In this document: piece by piece, positions 51,518-64,000 of the stretch
Position numbering within the stretch: position 1 is the stretch's first letter
How the letters are laid out: each line of letters starts with the position of its first letter
DNA from: Eledone cirrhosa
Lineage: Eukaryota
Reading direction: 5' to 3'
Length of the DNA: 64,000 nucleotides
NCBI GenBank assembly: GCA_964016885.1
Contig: OZ024748.1
Span: 16,988,001 to 17,052,000, forward strand
The notes under the pieces: model-generated
Databases searched by the model: none
What the model was told of the DNA's origin: nothing
The model's input: only the letters and a program-made list of their open reading frames with translations
Position numbers and translations under genes: made by a program

Positions 51518-51959
51518 ACATTGATGCCGAGGACACGTGTTTAAGTGCATATATGTATATATGTGAATGAAAGTATGTGTGTGTGGTTGTGTGTATACTA
51601 CATTTGTATAGATGTGTAATAAAGAAAATACCATAAAAATATTAAAAAATGATTAGAAAATATTTAATCTAAATAGTGGAATACTAAAAAGGAAAGAAAG
51701 ATTTGATCTGATAAATAAATAGAAAACATTCAATCATTCTCCTCTTGTTTACAATAACACTACTGCCATATATTTATCATAATTTTGCTGTTTCTATCTT
51801 ATGATTTTAGCAGTTCTATTTTCTTTGTCCATAAAGGGAAGAATTTGTCTTTGATGGAAATTGAAAATAGTTTTTCTTTTACCACCATTTTGTTATTTTA
51901 TTTTACTATTTTTTACCTTTATATTTTTATTTCCTTTTCTTTTTCCTTGTTTCTTCAAT

Positions 51960-52236
51960 GTCTTCTTCGTTGTCATCTTCATTTTCTTCTTCTTCTTTCG
52001 TCTTTCTTCTTCTTTCTTCTTCTTCTTTCTTCTTCTTCTTCTTTCTTCTTCTTCTCTTTCTTCTTCTCTTTCTTCTTCTTCTTTCTTCTTCTTCTCTTTC
52101 TTCTTCTTCTCTTTCTTCTTCTTCTTCTTCTTCTCTTTCTTCTTCTCTTCTTCTCTTTCTTCTTCTTGTCTTGTTTTCTTCTTTCTTCTTCTTTCTTCTT
52201 TCTTCTTCTTGTCTTCTTCTTTCTTCTTGTCTTCTT
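51960..52236. repeat. (TTC)n/(CT) polypyrimidine microsatellite
   Basis: Direct inspection. Confidence 0.95.
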
Positions 52237-52689
52237 TATTTGTTGTTGTGTGTCTGTGTGTGTTTAGTAGTGTTTGCTTCAAAGTTATTTGCCAACTCCT
52301 GTGAATTATCTCAGCAAATACAATCCCAGCTCTCCCCACTACACAGACATCAATCACCCATCTTCCAACATTACCATTATTTAATGTTTTAGTTTACCTT
52401 TTTTTTAAATATCTTTCTTTGTAGTTAGTGCTACCATTGTTTGTTATTGTTGCTGTTCTTCTTCTCATCAACAATATAATTCTATTATTATTATTATTAT
52501 TATTTGAGGTTAGAGCTTTTCCTCTCATCAACTTCTTTCTGTGCCACTTGAAAAGGAAGGGGAGAGAAGCACTACCCTCAAGTAATTTTTTCAAAAGAAA
52601 TTAAAATCAGTATCAACCATTTCCGGATTACCTATACAGAAGTAGGCTGGGGATGGTAAAATAAACACAAAAACTTGAAAGGATTGTAC

Positions 52690-54070
52690 TTGGTGTAAGG
52701 TTACTTGATAGAGTACATAGCTCAGAGAGTGGTTCCAGGTAGAGCCGCTACTTCTTTGAATTGCAAGATCACAGCTTCGATATTATGGATATATGGTTAG
52801 AATGTTCCAGGAAAGAATCGCTGGACAGATTTTATGGGCAAAAACCAGGAGGCAGGAAACCCAGGGGTAGACTCTGATTAAGATGGTTGGTTAACATCCA
52901 TGAGCTCAACTGGTCTCACCTGGGGGATCCAAATAAAAAACGGGGCACCCAAATAAAAGACGGAACCTCCCCCCCATAAAAAACGGGGCACCCAAATAAA
53001 AAACGGACCCCCTCCCCATAAAAAAACGGGGCACCCTAATAAAAAACGGCCCCCCTCCCCATAAAAAAACGGGGCACCCAAATAAAAAACGAACCCCCCC
53101 CATAAAAAAACGAGGCACCCAAATAAAAAACGGACCCCCCCATAAAAAAACGGGGCACCCAAATAAACGGACCCCCCCATAAAAAACGGGGCACCCAAAT
53201 AAAAAACGGACCCCCCCCCCCATAAAAAAACGGGGCAGCCAAATAAAAAACGGACCCCCCCCCATAAAAAACCGGGCACCCAAATAAAAAACGGGGCACC
53301 CAAATAAAAAACGGACCCCCCCATAAAAAAACGGGGCACCCAAATAAAAAACGGACCCCCCCCCCCATAAAAAACCGGGCACCCAAATAAAAAACGGACC
53401 CCCCCCCCCCCCCATAAAAATACGGGGCACCCAAATAAAACGGAACCCCCCCATAAAAAAACGGGGCACCCAAATAAAAAACTGACCCACCCCATAAAAA
53501 AACGGGGCACCCAAATAAAAAACGGACCCCCCCCCCATAAAAAAACGAGGCACCCAAATAAAAAACGGACCCCCCCCATAAAAAACCGGGCACCCAAATA
53601 AAAAACGGCCCCCCCCATAAAAAAACGGGGCACCCAAATAAAAAACGGACCCCCCCCATAAAAAAACGGGGCACCCAAATAAAAAACGGACCCCCCCATA
53701 AAAAACGGGGCACCCAAATAAAAAACGGGGCACCCAAATATAAAACGGACCCCCCCCCTAAAAAAAAACGGGGCACCCAAATAAAAAACGGACCCCCCCC
53801 CATAAAAAACGGGGCACCCAAATAGTTGCTTCTGACAGGACCTGCTGGAAGGAGTGCTTGATCACTCTGCTCCCACGATCCTTTCAAGGGTAGACCTTGT
53901 GCAAGATGGTTGGATAACATCCATGATCTTGACTGGTCTTGCTTGGGGATCCATCTGGATCAGTTGGAAATGGTTGCTTCTGACAGGACCTGCTGGAAGG
54001 AGTGTTTGGAGGTTTCTGATCCCCCTCCACCCCACTGCCCTCTCAGGAATAAACGGGAGAAGAAGAAGTA
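52690..54070 (+). mobile_element. RTE (Rex3-like) 3' fragment split by a minisatellite, with a duplicated 3' end
   Basis: Matches 27490-27720 and 20798-21140; resumes at gttgcttctgacaggacc (53825). Confidence 0.88.
52931..53824. repeat. ~42-bp homopolymer-rich minisatellite (aaataaaaaacggac(c)n + ataaaaaaacggggcaccc)
   Basis: About 20 units, each built of two related half-units. Confidence 0.93.
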
Positions 54071-54260
54071 GACGTATCAGGATAAATCGGGGTTGTATAT
54101 AAGTTGATGCAAACAACCCTCAGAAGTTTTCCTCCATTTCAGGGATAATTTTATTGTCTTCATTTTGTTTTATACAATTAGTTCTATTGATAATTATTAT
54201 GTCCCATGTCACAACTGGTTTTATATGCTAGGATGGGTTAGGTTGATCTAGTTCAGGACA

Positions 54261-54407
54261 ACTTACATCCATTCATCCTTTCATCTTTCTTAATCCAACT
54301 TACATTCATTCATCCTTTCATCTTTCTTAATCCAACTTACATTCATTCATCCTTTCATCTTTCTTAATCCAACTTACATTCATTCATCCTTTCATCTTTC
54401 TTAATCC
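54261..54407. repeat. 37-bp tandem repeat, 4 copies
   Basis: acttacattcattcatcctttcatctttcttaatcca. Confidence 0.93.
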
Positions 54408-54569
54408 TGCCCACCACTTCAGTACATCTGACACAATGAAATACACCCAGTCCGTGCTGTAAAGAGGTTGCTGATAGGAAGGGCATCAAACTATAGAAGC
54501 CATGCCAAGAAGCCATAGTTGTGAAGAATCTTCAGTTGTGTCAAGGATATGACAACCTAACTGGTTCTC

Positions 54570-55430
54570 TATATTCTGGCTTCAAATCTTGTCACGGTCA
54601 ACTTTGCCTTTCGTCTTTCTGGGAGTTATAAAATAAGTACCAGTAAAGTACTGGGGATTGTATAATCAACTCCCCCCCCCCCCCCACTCTCCCCCAAAAT
54701 ATTGGTCTTGAGCCTATATTAGATAGCATTATTTCTCTGGTACTTTAGGGCGGTGGATTGGCAGTATTGGTAAAGGGTCGAACCCCATGCTTTGCAGCAA
54801 AAGATTATGGCCCTTTATGGTCTGAGTTCAAATCTTGCCGAGGTTAACTTTGCCTTTCATCCTTACGGGGTCGATAAAATAAAGTACCAGTAATGTACTG
54901 GGGTAATTTCTGGCCTTGTGCCAAAAGTAGAAACAAGTGTATTACTGGTACTTTATTTTATCGACCCCGTAAGGATGAAAGGCAAAGGTTAACTTTGCCT
55001 TTCATCCTTACGGGGGTTGATAACTTGAAGTACCAGTCATACACTGGGGTCGATTTGATCGACTTTCCCCTCCCCCAAAATTGCTGGCCTTGTGCCTATA
55101 TAAGAAATCATTGTTTCTCTATTTTTATGACAGTGTAATGGCAGAAGTGATTTAGTTGGCTTTCCTCTTCCCTTCAAATTGCTGACCTTGTACCAAATGT
55201 AGAAACAATTATTATTTTTAGTAGTAGCAGTAGTAGTAGCAGTAGTAGTAGTAGTAGTATTTTGGTGGCATTCATTCTGATTCTTTGTTCTCTGTTCAAA
55301 CCCCACTAAAGTTAGCTTTAACTTCCACCCTTCTAGGGTTAATAAAATAATGTACCAGTTATATACTAGGATCAATTTAATCAACTTTTCCCCCCTACCC
55401 TGTAAGATTGCTGGCCTTGTGCTTGTATTA
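54570..55430. mobile_element. Cluster of family 1 SINEs including a foldback junction
   Basis: At least four monomers or fragments; inverted segment at 54936-54987. Confidence 0.85.
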
Positions 55431-55567
55431 TATAATCGTTGTCATTGTTGTTGTGGTTCCTCCGTTGAGAGGGTGCTGATAAGGAAAAAAATGAGATTAG
55501 CTATTCTAAGCTTGAAAGGGTTAAAACTCAATTGAGAATTTTTAATTAAGAAACTAGGAGCCCAATT

Positions 55568-56312
55568 TAACAAGAATAACAACAACAAAATCAGCAACAA
55601 CAGCAATAACAACACAATCAGCAACAACAGCAATAACAACAAGAATAACAACAACAAAATCAGCAACAACAGCAGTAACAACAAGAATAACAACAACAAC
55701 AGCAGTAACAAGAATAACAACAACAGCAGTAACAAGAATAACAACAACAGCAGTAACAAGAATAACAACAAAATCGGCAACAACAGCAGTAACAACAAGA
55801 ATAACAACAACAATATCAGCAACAACAGCAATAACAACAAGAATAACAACAAAAGCAGCAACAACAGCAGTAACAACAAGAATAACAACAAAATCAGCAA
55901 CAACAGCAGTAACAACAAGAATAACAACAACAAAATCGGCAACAACAGCAGTAACAACAAGAATAACAACAACAAAATCAGCAACAGCAGTAACAACAAG
56001 AATAACAAAACTAATGATCATTATGATGATGATGTTAATAGTGCTCATTTCATTCATTCTACTCTCTCTCTATCTTTCTCTCTATCTCTCTTTCTCTCTC
56101 TCTATGTCTCTCTATCTCTATGTCTCTCTCTCTATCTCTCTATGACTCTATCTCTCTATGACTCTCTCTCTCTATGACTCTCTCTCTCTCTATGACTCTC
56201 TATCTCTATGACTCTCTCTCTCTATGACTCTCTCTCTATGTCTCTCTATCTCTATGACTCTCTCTCTCTCTATGTATCTCTGTCTCTCTCTATCTCTCTC
56301 TCTCACTCTCTC
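55568..56312. repeat. (AAC/AGC/AAT)n trinucleotide repeat followed by a (CT)n repeat
   Basis: Direct inspection. Confidence 0.93.
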
Positions 56313-56708
56313 CTAATTATTCAAATTATCTAAATCATTGGAAACTTCAACTGAGCGATAGCAAAAGAAACAACAACAACAACAACAACAACAATATCTG
56401 CAACAACATCAACAACAACAGCTGTAGTTTAAATAAATAAGTAAATATATTTAAAAGTTAAAAAAAAAAACACATGCAAAAAATACAATCAAAATAAGTT
56501 AATAAATAAATAAATAGACTAATGAAGATATATGACAAAAAACTGTAAATACATACAAATACAAAAACAAACAAACATAACAAATATTAGAGTGAAAATA
56601 AAGAGAAAAAGAAACAATAGTTTCTTAGAAAAATCAGATGAATAATGGAATAATTTAAAAGTATCATGCTGCTGTCTTCTAGATTTGAGATAATATAGCT
56701 GGGATAAT

Positions 56709-57084
56709 AATTGTTTCTACTTTTGGCACAAGGCCAGCAATTACTCCAGTGCATTACTGGTACTTTATTTTATCGACCCCGTAAGGATGAAAGGCAAAGT
56801 TAACCTCGGCGGGATTTGAACTCAGATCGTAAAGGGCCGTAACTCCATGCTGCAAAGCATGGTGTCCGACCCTCTAATGATACTGCCAATCCACTGCCTT
56901 TAAATAGAGTTTCTACTTTTGGCACAAGGCCAGCAATTACCCCAGTGAAATTACTGGTACTTTATTTTATCGACCCCGTAAGGATGAAAGGCAAAGTTAA
57001 CCTCGGCGGGATTTGAACTCAGATCGTAAAGGGCCGTAACTGCATGCTGTCTGACACTCTATCGATACTGCCAATCCACTGCCC
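56709..57084 (-). mobile_element. Dimeric family 1 SINE
   Basis: Two monomers joined by gtagaaactctatttaaaggcagtgg (minus strand). Confidence 0.9.
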
Positions 57085-57368
57085 TATAGCTGGAATAATA
57101 ATGCTACTAATAATGATTTCTAGTATAGGAACAAGGCCAGCAATTTGAAGGGAAGCCAAATATAGATTATATAGACCCCAGTGCATTACTGGTACTTTAT
57201 TTTATTGACCTTGTAAGGATGTATGGTAATGTTAATCTTGACTGGATTTGAACTCAGAACATAAAGGGTTAAAACTATGTTCCAAAGCTGTTCAGGGACA
57301 GTTCAGGTTTGGTGGGCACCTCACATCACAACACGCAAGCACACACACACTCACACACACGTGTGTGA

Positions 57369-57422
<54 letters not shown>

Positions 57423-57930
57423 ACACGTGTGTGTGTGTATATATATGTGTGTATATATATATAAACACGTGTGTGTGTGTATATATATGTGTGTATATAT
57501 ATATACACGTGTGTGTGTGTATATATGTGTGTATATATATATACACGTGTGTGTGTGTATATATGTGTGTATATATATATACACGTGTGTGTGTGTATAT
57601 ATATGTGTGTATATATATATACACGTGTGTGTGTGTATATATATGTGTGTATATATATATACACGTGTGTGTGTGTATATATATGTGTGTATATATATAT
57701 ACACGTGTGTGTGTGTATATATATGTGTGTATATATATATACACGTGTGTGTGTGTATATATATGTGTGTATATATATATACACGTGTGTGTGTGTATAT
57801 TTATATACGTGTGTGTATATTTATATACGTGTGTGTGTATATATACGTGTTTGTGTGTGTGTGTGTATATATACGTGTGTGTGTATATATATATATACGT
57901 GTGTGTGTGTATGTATATATATATAAATAT

Positions 57931-58247
57931 TGTTATACTTTGGGAGGGTAATGCTGCCAATAAAAAGCATGCACCTATTGCTTTTCACATCAATTTATTA
58001 CAAATTTCCATTTGGTTATTTAAATAACCAGATGGTTGTTTATTTGTTTATTGTCAAAGCTCTTTTGCCACATATTCTGTGACCTCCTCAGTGACTAATT
58101 TGGAGGTCACCGAATGTGTGACGAAAGAGCATTGACGAAAAGTAAACAACCATCCAGTTACTGAACTAGCCAACTGGAAGTTCATAATAAATTGAAGTGA
58201 AAACGTGTGTGTGTATTTATTGGCAGTATGACTCCCAAAGTATAACA
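57931..58247. mobile_element. Palindromic MITE with TGT..ACA ends (Ginger-like), copy 1
   Basis: atat-TGTTATACTTTGGGAG ... CTCCCAAAGTATAACA-gtat; arms pair for ~150 bp. Confidence 0.75.
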
Positions 58248-59119
58248 GTATCTGCTTCAACATATGTTTTCAGATAAGAAAACTTTCAAAACAGATAAAA
58301 GAAAGTATATATATGTATATATATATATATCTATATATATACAGAGAGAGATATTCTTATTCAGAGAAAAGGTGCAAAGATTACTCCTGTGATAAATATT
58401 GCCCTGCTCACAACTGTATGGGCACCCACAATCCTTTGAAAAAGAAATGTATGTAATACCAAGTCATGCCTGGTTGTGAATGATGGCTGTAGCAGTAATT
58501 TTTCTCACCTACATTCTGCATGGTTTCAAAAATCAAAACATTTTAAAACAAAATGTGTTTTATTTTTGATAGTTTTTGTCTTGTTTTTCCTTTTAGGGGG
58601 TGTGGCATTATTATTGGAATCAAATTTGGAAAATCTCCCATCAGTACTATATAGAAAACACTTGTATAGGCGACTAATTCTTCTACAGAAAATCTATATA
58701 TTGATGGATATCTGAACCTTAAAGGAAAGAATTTAAAGATATTGGTTTTAAGAAAACACCTAACAAATAATGTTAAGAGGAAACTATGAAAATATCAAAA
58801 GAAAAAAAATGTTTTAAGACAGTTTAAATCAGTGAGTCGGTAGATGTTAAATCTAGCTGAGTGGGTAGATTTTAAATGTAATATAGAAATCAGTTTCAGG
58901 CAAATAACCTGTTAGATATAACCACTTGTATAAAAATATGATAAATGTAACACACCTATTTTCAAATATATATATATATATATATTGTTAGTTTCAGAAG
59001 ATCCCGTTAAGGGTTTAATCTGTTATTTTAATAAATATATATATATATATATGTGTGTATTTATATGTATATATATAATATTAATAAAAGGAAAATATAT
59101 TACTATAGCATCATAATTT

Positions 59120-59176
59120 ATTTCATTATATATATTTCAGGGATACTAAATTATAGTATGCCCTCATCAGACAAAA
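59120..59176 (-). ncRNA. Hammerhead-like core, family H2, downstream of the Penelope-like ORF
   Basis: Minus strand ttttgt-CTGATGA-gggcatacta-taatt-tagtatccct-GAAA-tatatataat. Confidence 0.55.
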
Positions 59177-59409
59177 TACAATATTTGATGTATAAAAATG
59201 TGACATACCCATAAAATAGATCGGATGTGATCAATTTAAAATGGGTATGTGATTCAAAATCTCAAAATTTCCTAGGATGTAATGTTATCGGGAAATATAA
59301 ATAAATAAATGATAAGGACAGTGATAGATGCTTGAAATATTTTTAAAAATAGCGTAATTAGATTAGTCAGTGAAAAAAAAACGTTAATATTTTATTACTA
59401 AGGAGAGAT

Positions 59410-59438
59410 ATATATACACAAACATACACCTATGTATG

Positions 59439-59481
<43 letters not shown>

Positions 59482-59516
59482 GCACGCACGCACGCACGCA
59501 CGCACGCGCGCGCACA

Positions 59517-59571
<55 letters not shown>

Positions 59572-59784
59572 GCTTATATATATATATACACACACACATA
59601 CATACGCTTATATATATATATATATATACACACACACATACATACGCTTATATATATATATATACACACACATACATACGCTTATATATATATATATACA
59701 CACACATACATACGCTTATATATATATATATATATATACACACACATACATACGCTTATATATATACACACACATACATACGCT

Positions 59785-59824
<40 letters not shown>

Positions 59825-60056
59825 TACATACGCTTATATATATATATATATATACACACACATACATACGCTTATATATATATATATATATACACACACA
59901 CATACATACGCTTATATATATATATATATATATACACACACATACATACGCTTATATATATATATATATATACACACACACATACATACGCTTATATAGA
60001 TATATATATATATATACACACACATACATACGCTTATATATATATAGAGAGAGAGA
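59410..60056. repeat. (CA)n/(TA)n compound minisatellite (acatacatacgctta unit)
   Basis: Direct inspection. Confidence 0.93.
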
Positions 60057-60235
60057 AAAGGTGAAGGTGAAGTTGGAAATAGCACAGAAAATATATTTTA
60101 GGATGTGTTTTTCTTTTTTTTTCCCTTTGATTTATCAAAGTGACATTATTGAAAAAATGAGAGGGACAATTCTCTTAAAAAAGAGTTTTATAATGTATAT
60201 AAAGTATATAAAGTATTACCAGTTACGATGTAATT

Positions 60236-60670
60236 ATTCTGCCCTATATAGTTATGTTGACAGCCACCGTATGTGATTATGTAGATCAAGTTCTCTGAGT
60301 TGCAAGTGAAGTTGTTTTTCACTGTGAAAGTTTGGCCATCTTTAAACGTGAATTTTTGTCTGTCCGTCAATTAAGTATAGGCATGGGCCACATTTTGTTA
60401 CTGTAATTGGTTTGTTTATCTTTGTTCCAGTGAGAATGTGTTTTAGTGATTTGGGTTGCCTTTTGCTTTTAATGATCTTGTGCGTTTCTACGACTTTTTT
60501 TCATTTTTTCATTTTTAAATAGAATGGGGAGGTTTTTGTGTAGGAGGTCGAACATTTTAGTGTTTCTGGGGTTGAACGTGGATACATATGGTAAGGTATC
60601 GTTTGTGGTTCTGTGCTTTGGGTTGTTGGGTTGATGAAAATTTGCATGTTTTGCTTTGTCTATTCCGTTA
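60236..60670 (-). mobile_element. Penelope-like retroelement remnant (linker and GIY-YIG endonuclease), frameshifted
   Basis: LPYVSTFNP...NLPIL, IIKSKRQPKSLKHILT, VTKCGPC, FTCNSENLIYIITYGGCQHNYIGQ (the LIY..YIG motif). Confidence 0.85.
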
Positions 60671-60705
60671 TTATGTATGTCAAGTCGGAAGGCTCTTAAG
60701 GTGTG

Positions 60706-60740
<35 letters not shown>

Positions 60741-60797
60741 GTTTCTGAATTTGTTTCGCAAGATTCTTTATCTGAAAACGTGTGTTGAAACCGATAT

Positions 60798-61163
60798 TGT
60801 TATACTTTGGGAGGGTCATGTTGCCAATAAGAAACACACGCACTAGTTGTTTCACTTCAATTTATTATAATAAATTTATAAATTTAGGAATTTATAAATT
60901 TCCGGTTGGTTGGTTGGTTCCACAACCAGATGGTTGTTTATATATTGTCAAACTTCTTTCGACACATATTCTGTGACCTCTTCAGTGACTGGGGATTCTT
61001 TTCTTTGTTTTTGTGCCTCTCCTTTGTTCTGTCCTACGCCATCTTGAAACAAGATGGCGTAGGACAGAACAAAGGAGAAATTTATAAATTTATTATAAAT
61101 TGAAGTGAAAGCAACTGGTGCGTGTGTTTCTTATTGGCAACATGACCCTCCCAAAGTATAACA
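60798..61163. mobile_element. MITE with ~80-bp TIRs, TGT..ACA ends and ATAT TSD (Ginger-like), copy 2
   Basis: atat (60794-60797) TGTTATACTTTGGGAGGGTCATGTTGCCAATAAG ... CTTATTGGCAACATGACCCTCCCAAAGTATAACA atat (61164-61167). Confidence 0.85.
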
Positions 61164-61337
61164 ATATATATATATATCATTAAAGGACTTTAACATCTGA
61201 AATTGACATTTTCTTATTCTAAATATACTCTGTCACTCTTATGTGGAAAAAGTGCTTGAATTGAATGCATCAATGTTTACCTTAAGTATATATATATATA
61301 TGTATATGTGCGTGTGCATATATATATATATATGTAG

Positions 61338-61444
<107 letters not shown>

Positions 61445-62721
61445 GAGAGAGAGAAAGATACAGTTGATTATTTGCCTAATACATATTTTATTTTGCACAC
61501 CTAAAGTCTAGATGGGATAAATCAGACAATATTTGAGAGATACTGGTGCATGATAATGGTTTCTGATTTAGGCACAAGGCCAAGAAATTTACTTTATTTT
61601 ATCGCCCCTGTAAGGAGAGAAGGCAAAGCTAGCCTCAGTGGAATTTGAACACAGGACGTAAAGGGACATAACTCTATGCCGCGAAGCATATGTTTTCATG
61701 GAATATACATACATGTCTTGAAAATCTGAAGGAAGAATTTTCTTTGATGATTTATCGATAATAAGTGTGGTTTTTGACTGAGATCTTGTTGGCTGCATTA
61801 TGATATGGAACTTCTTATTGAAGTCAAACCTGCAGTTTTTATTGAAATACAGAATGGTTTTATTAACCCAGCTTCATGTTATTTGAACACATCCAATTAT
61901 TGAATTTCCAATAAACTAGGACAGGGATGTAGAATATTTTTCTCATTGAACTAAATGAGTGATTATACTGATAGTAACAGAAATTGAAAGGGTTTGCAGT
62001 GAGCCCCATAAAATAACATTCAATGCCATCCATTAGTGTTATGTATGCTCAACATACAACTGATTCAGAAACACAAAAATCTCTGAGTAAACAGGTTGAT
62101 GGATTTCAACAGGTACAAGCTGTGTGTGTCTTTGATTGTAAGTGTGCAGTCTGGAAAGTGATATCCTCCAAGCATGAACAACCACCAGCAGGAAGTGTTA
62201 CTTTACTAGAAATAGAGCATTCCTGACAGTTAGTTATAGTGTTCAAGTTATAAAGTCGATTAAACCATCTTAGCTTCCTCTTTCTCGTGTTTTTTATTAT
62301 ATTAAGCTTCATTATCTCAATATTATCCTTGCAATATAATGTTTTCACAGTTCTTCCCAATAAATTTCATTACTAAGTAACACAGCGGTTTTTTTTTTAT
62401 TAAATTAGGGACCAGATATACATAAGTTAAAAATCTTTTAGAATATTTCCACCAATAAATTATTTTTCAGCTCACATTTATGTATGTTTATTATCTCATT
62501 TTATACACACACACACACATATATATATACATATTTACATATACATAAGCACACACACACTCTCACACGCACATTGATTTTTGTCTGTTTTTTACTATAT
62601 ATGTTCTTTATCCTATTTCATACACACATATATATATACACACATAAATATACAGATACATCCACACACACACACATAAATATACACATAAATATGCACA
62701 CACACAGTCACCCACCCACAA

Positions 62722-62763
<42 letters not shown>

Positions 62764-63072
62764 TATTTAACACTTAAAATTTGTTATCTTATTTCATACA
62801 TTTACATAATATACATAAACATATGTACATACATACGTACATACATATGTATATACATATGTGTATATATATATATATATAGCTTCCTTTCAATTTACTC
62901 TTAATTAAGTGGTCATAGAATGACACATTTTTCACATTTCTTACTATACAGTAATTCATTTATTATTTATATATTTATAACATTGTTCCTATATACACTC
63001 TTGTTTTTTTATTTTCTTATTGATATCATCTCTTTTAGACTTTAGTTTATACATACACACACTTGTCTGTGC

Positions 63073-63329
63073 GTGTGTGTGTGTATATATATATGTATAT
63101 ATATATATATGTATATATGTATATATACACACACATATACATATGTATGTGTAGATATGTTTGTGTATATATGTATGTATGTATATGAATGTATGTATAT
63201 GAATGTATGTATGTGTATATGTATGAATATGTGTATGTATGTATGTAAATTTATGTATATGTATGTATATATATGTATATATATGTATATATATGTATGT
63301 ATATGTATATATATGTATATATATGTATA

Positions 63330-63422
<93 letters not shown>

Positions 63423-64000
63423 GTATATATGTATATGTATGTATGTATGTATATATATATGTATGTATGTATATATGTATATGTATGTATGTATGTATAT
63501 ATATATGTATGTATGTATATATGTATATGTATGTATGTATATGTATATATATCTGTATGTATATATATCTGTATGTATATATATATGTATGTATATATAT
63601 ATATGTATGTAAATTTATGTATATGTATGTATATATATGTATATATATATATGTATATGTATGTATATATATGTATATATGTATATGTATGTATGTATAT
63701 ATGTATGTATGTATATGTATATATGTATGTATGTATATGTATGTATGTATATATGTATGTATGTATATATGTATGTATGTATATGTATGTATGTATATAT
63801 GTATGTATGTATATATGTATGTATGTATATGTATATATGTATGTATGTATATGTATGTATGTATATATGTATGTATGTATATGTATGTATGTATATGTAT
63901 GTATGTATGTATATATATATATATATGTATGTATGTATATATATATATATGTATGCATGTATATATATATATATGTATGCATGTATATATATGTATGTAT
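63073..64000. repeat. (TATG)n/(TA)n microsatellite
   Basis: Direct inspection. Confidence 0.95.

Noticed and set aside
48998-51536. 584-, 367- and 270-aa ORFs, or a CRISPR-like array
   Set aside because: These are read-throughs of a 44-bp (non-triplet) tandem repeat cycling through all frames, with no spacers.
52878-53920. 275-300-aa GAPFF-repeat ORFs
   Set aside because: Translations of a homopolymer-rich minisatellite, open in all three minus frames.
55442-56057. Poly-Leu/Val membrane-like ORFs (also 51785-52392)
   Set aside because: Trinucleotide microsatellite translations.
61980-62360. Short ORFs in unique sequence on both strands
   Set aside because: No recognisable motif and no consistent splice-site pair; lengths are compatible with chance.

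Overview
AT-rich, repeat-dominated animal DNA, probably intronic or intergenic. The SINE sequences resemble octopus/coleoid cephalopod SINEs, but that assignment is from memory of the families, not a search. Nearly all long ORFs in the track are microsatellite or minisatellite read-throughs. Supported content: many tRNA-derived SINEs, including a composite type and a recurring dimer; decayed 3' ends of RTE-clade LINEs; a Penelope-like GIY-YIG remnant; five hammerhead-ribozyme-like cores in two families; and MITEs with piggyBac (TTAA), hAT (8-bp TSD), Tc1/mariner (TA) and Ginger-like (TGT..ACA, 4-bp TSD) signatures. At least three tandem arrays demonstrably grew out of transposon sequence, and foldback structures are frequent. 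The only host-gene candidate is a weakly supported chain of phase-compatible minus-strand exons (31.1-24.7 kb) encoding a small hydrophobic protein. I found no unambiguous new biological system. The best leads are the ribozyme-bearing repeats, the MITE-derived satellites, the dimeric and composite SINEs, and the palindromic Ginger-like MITE.
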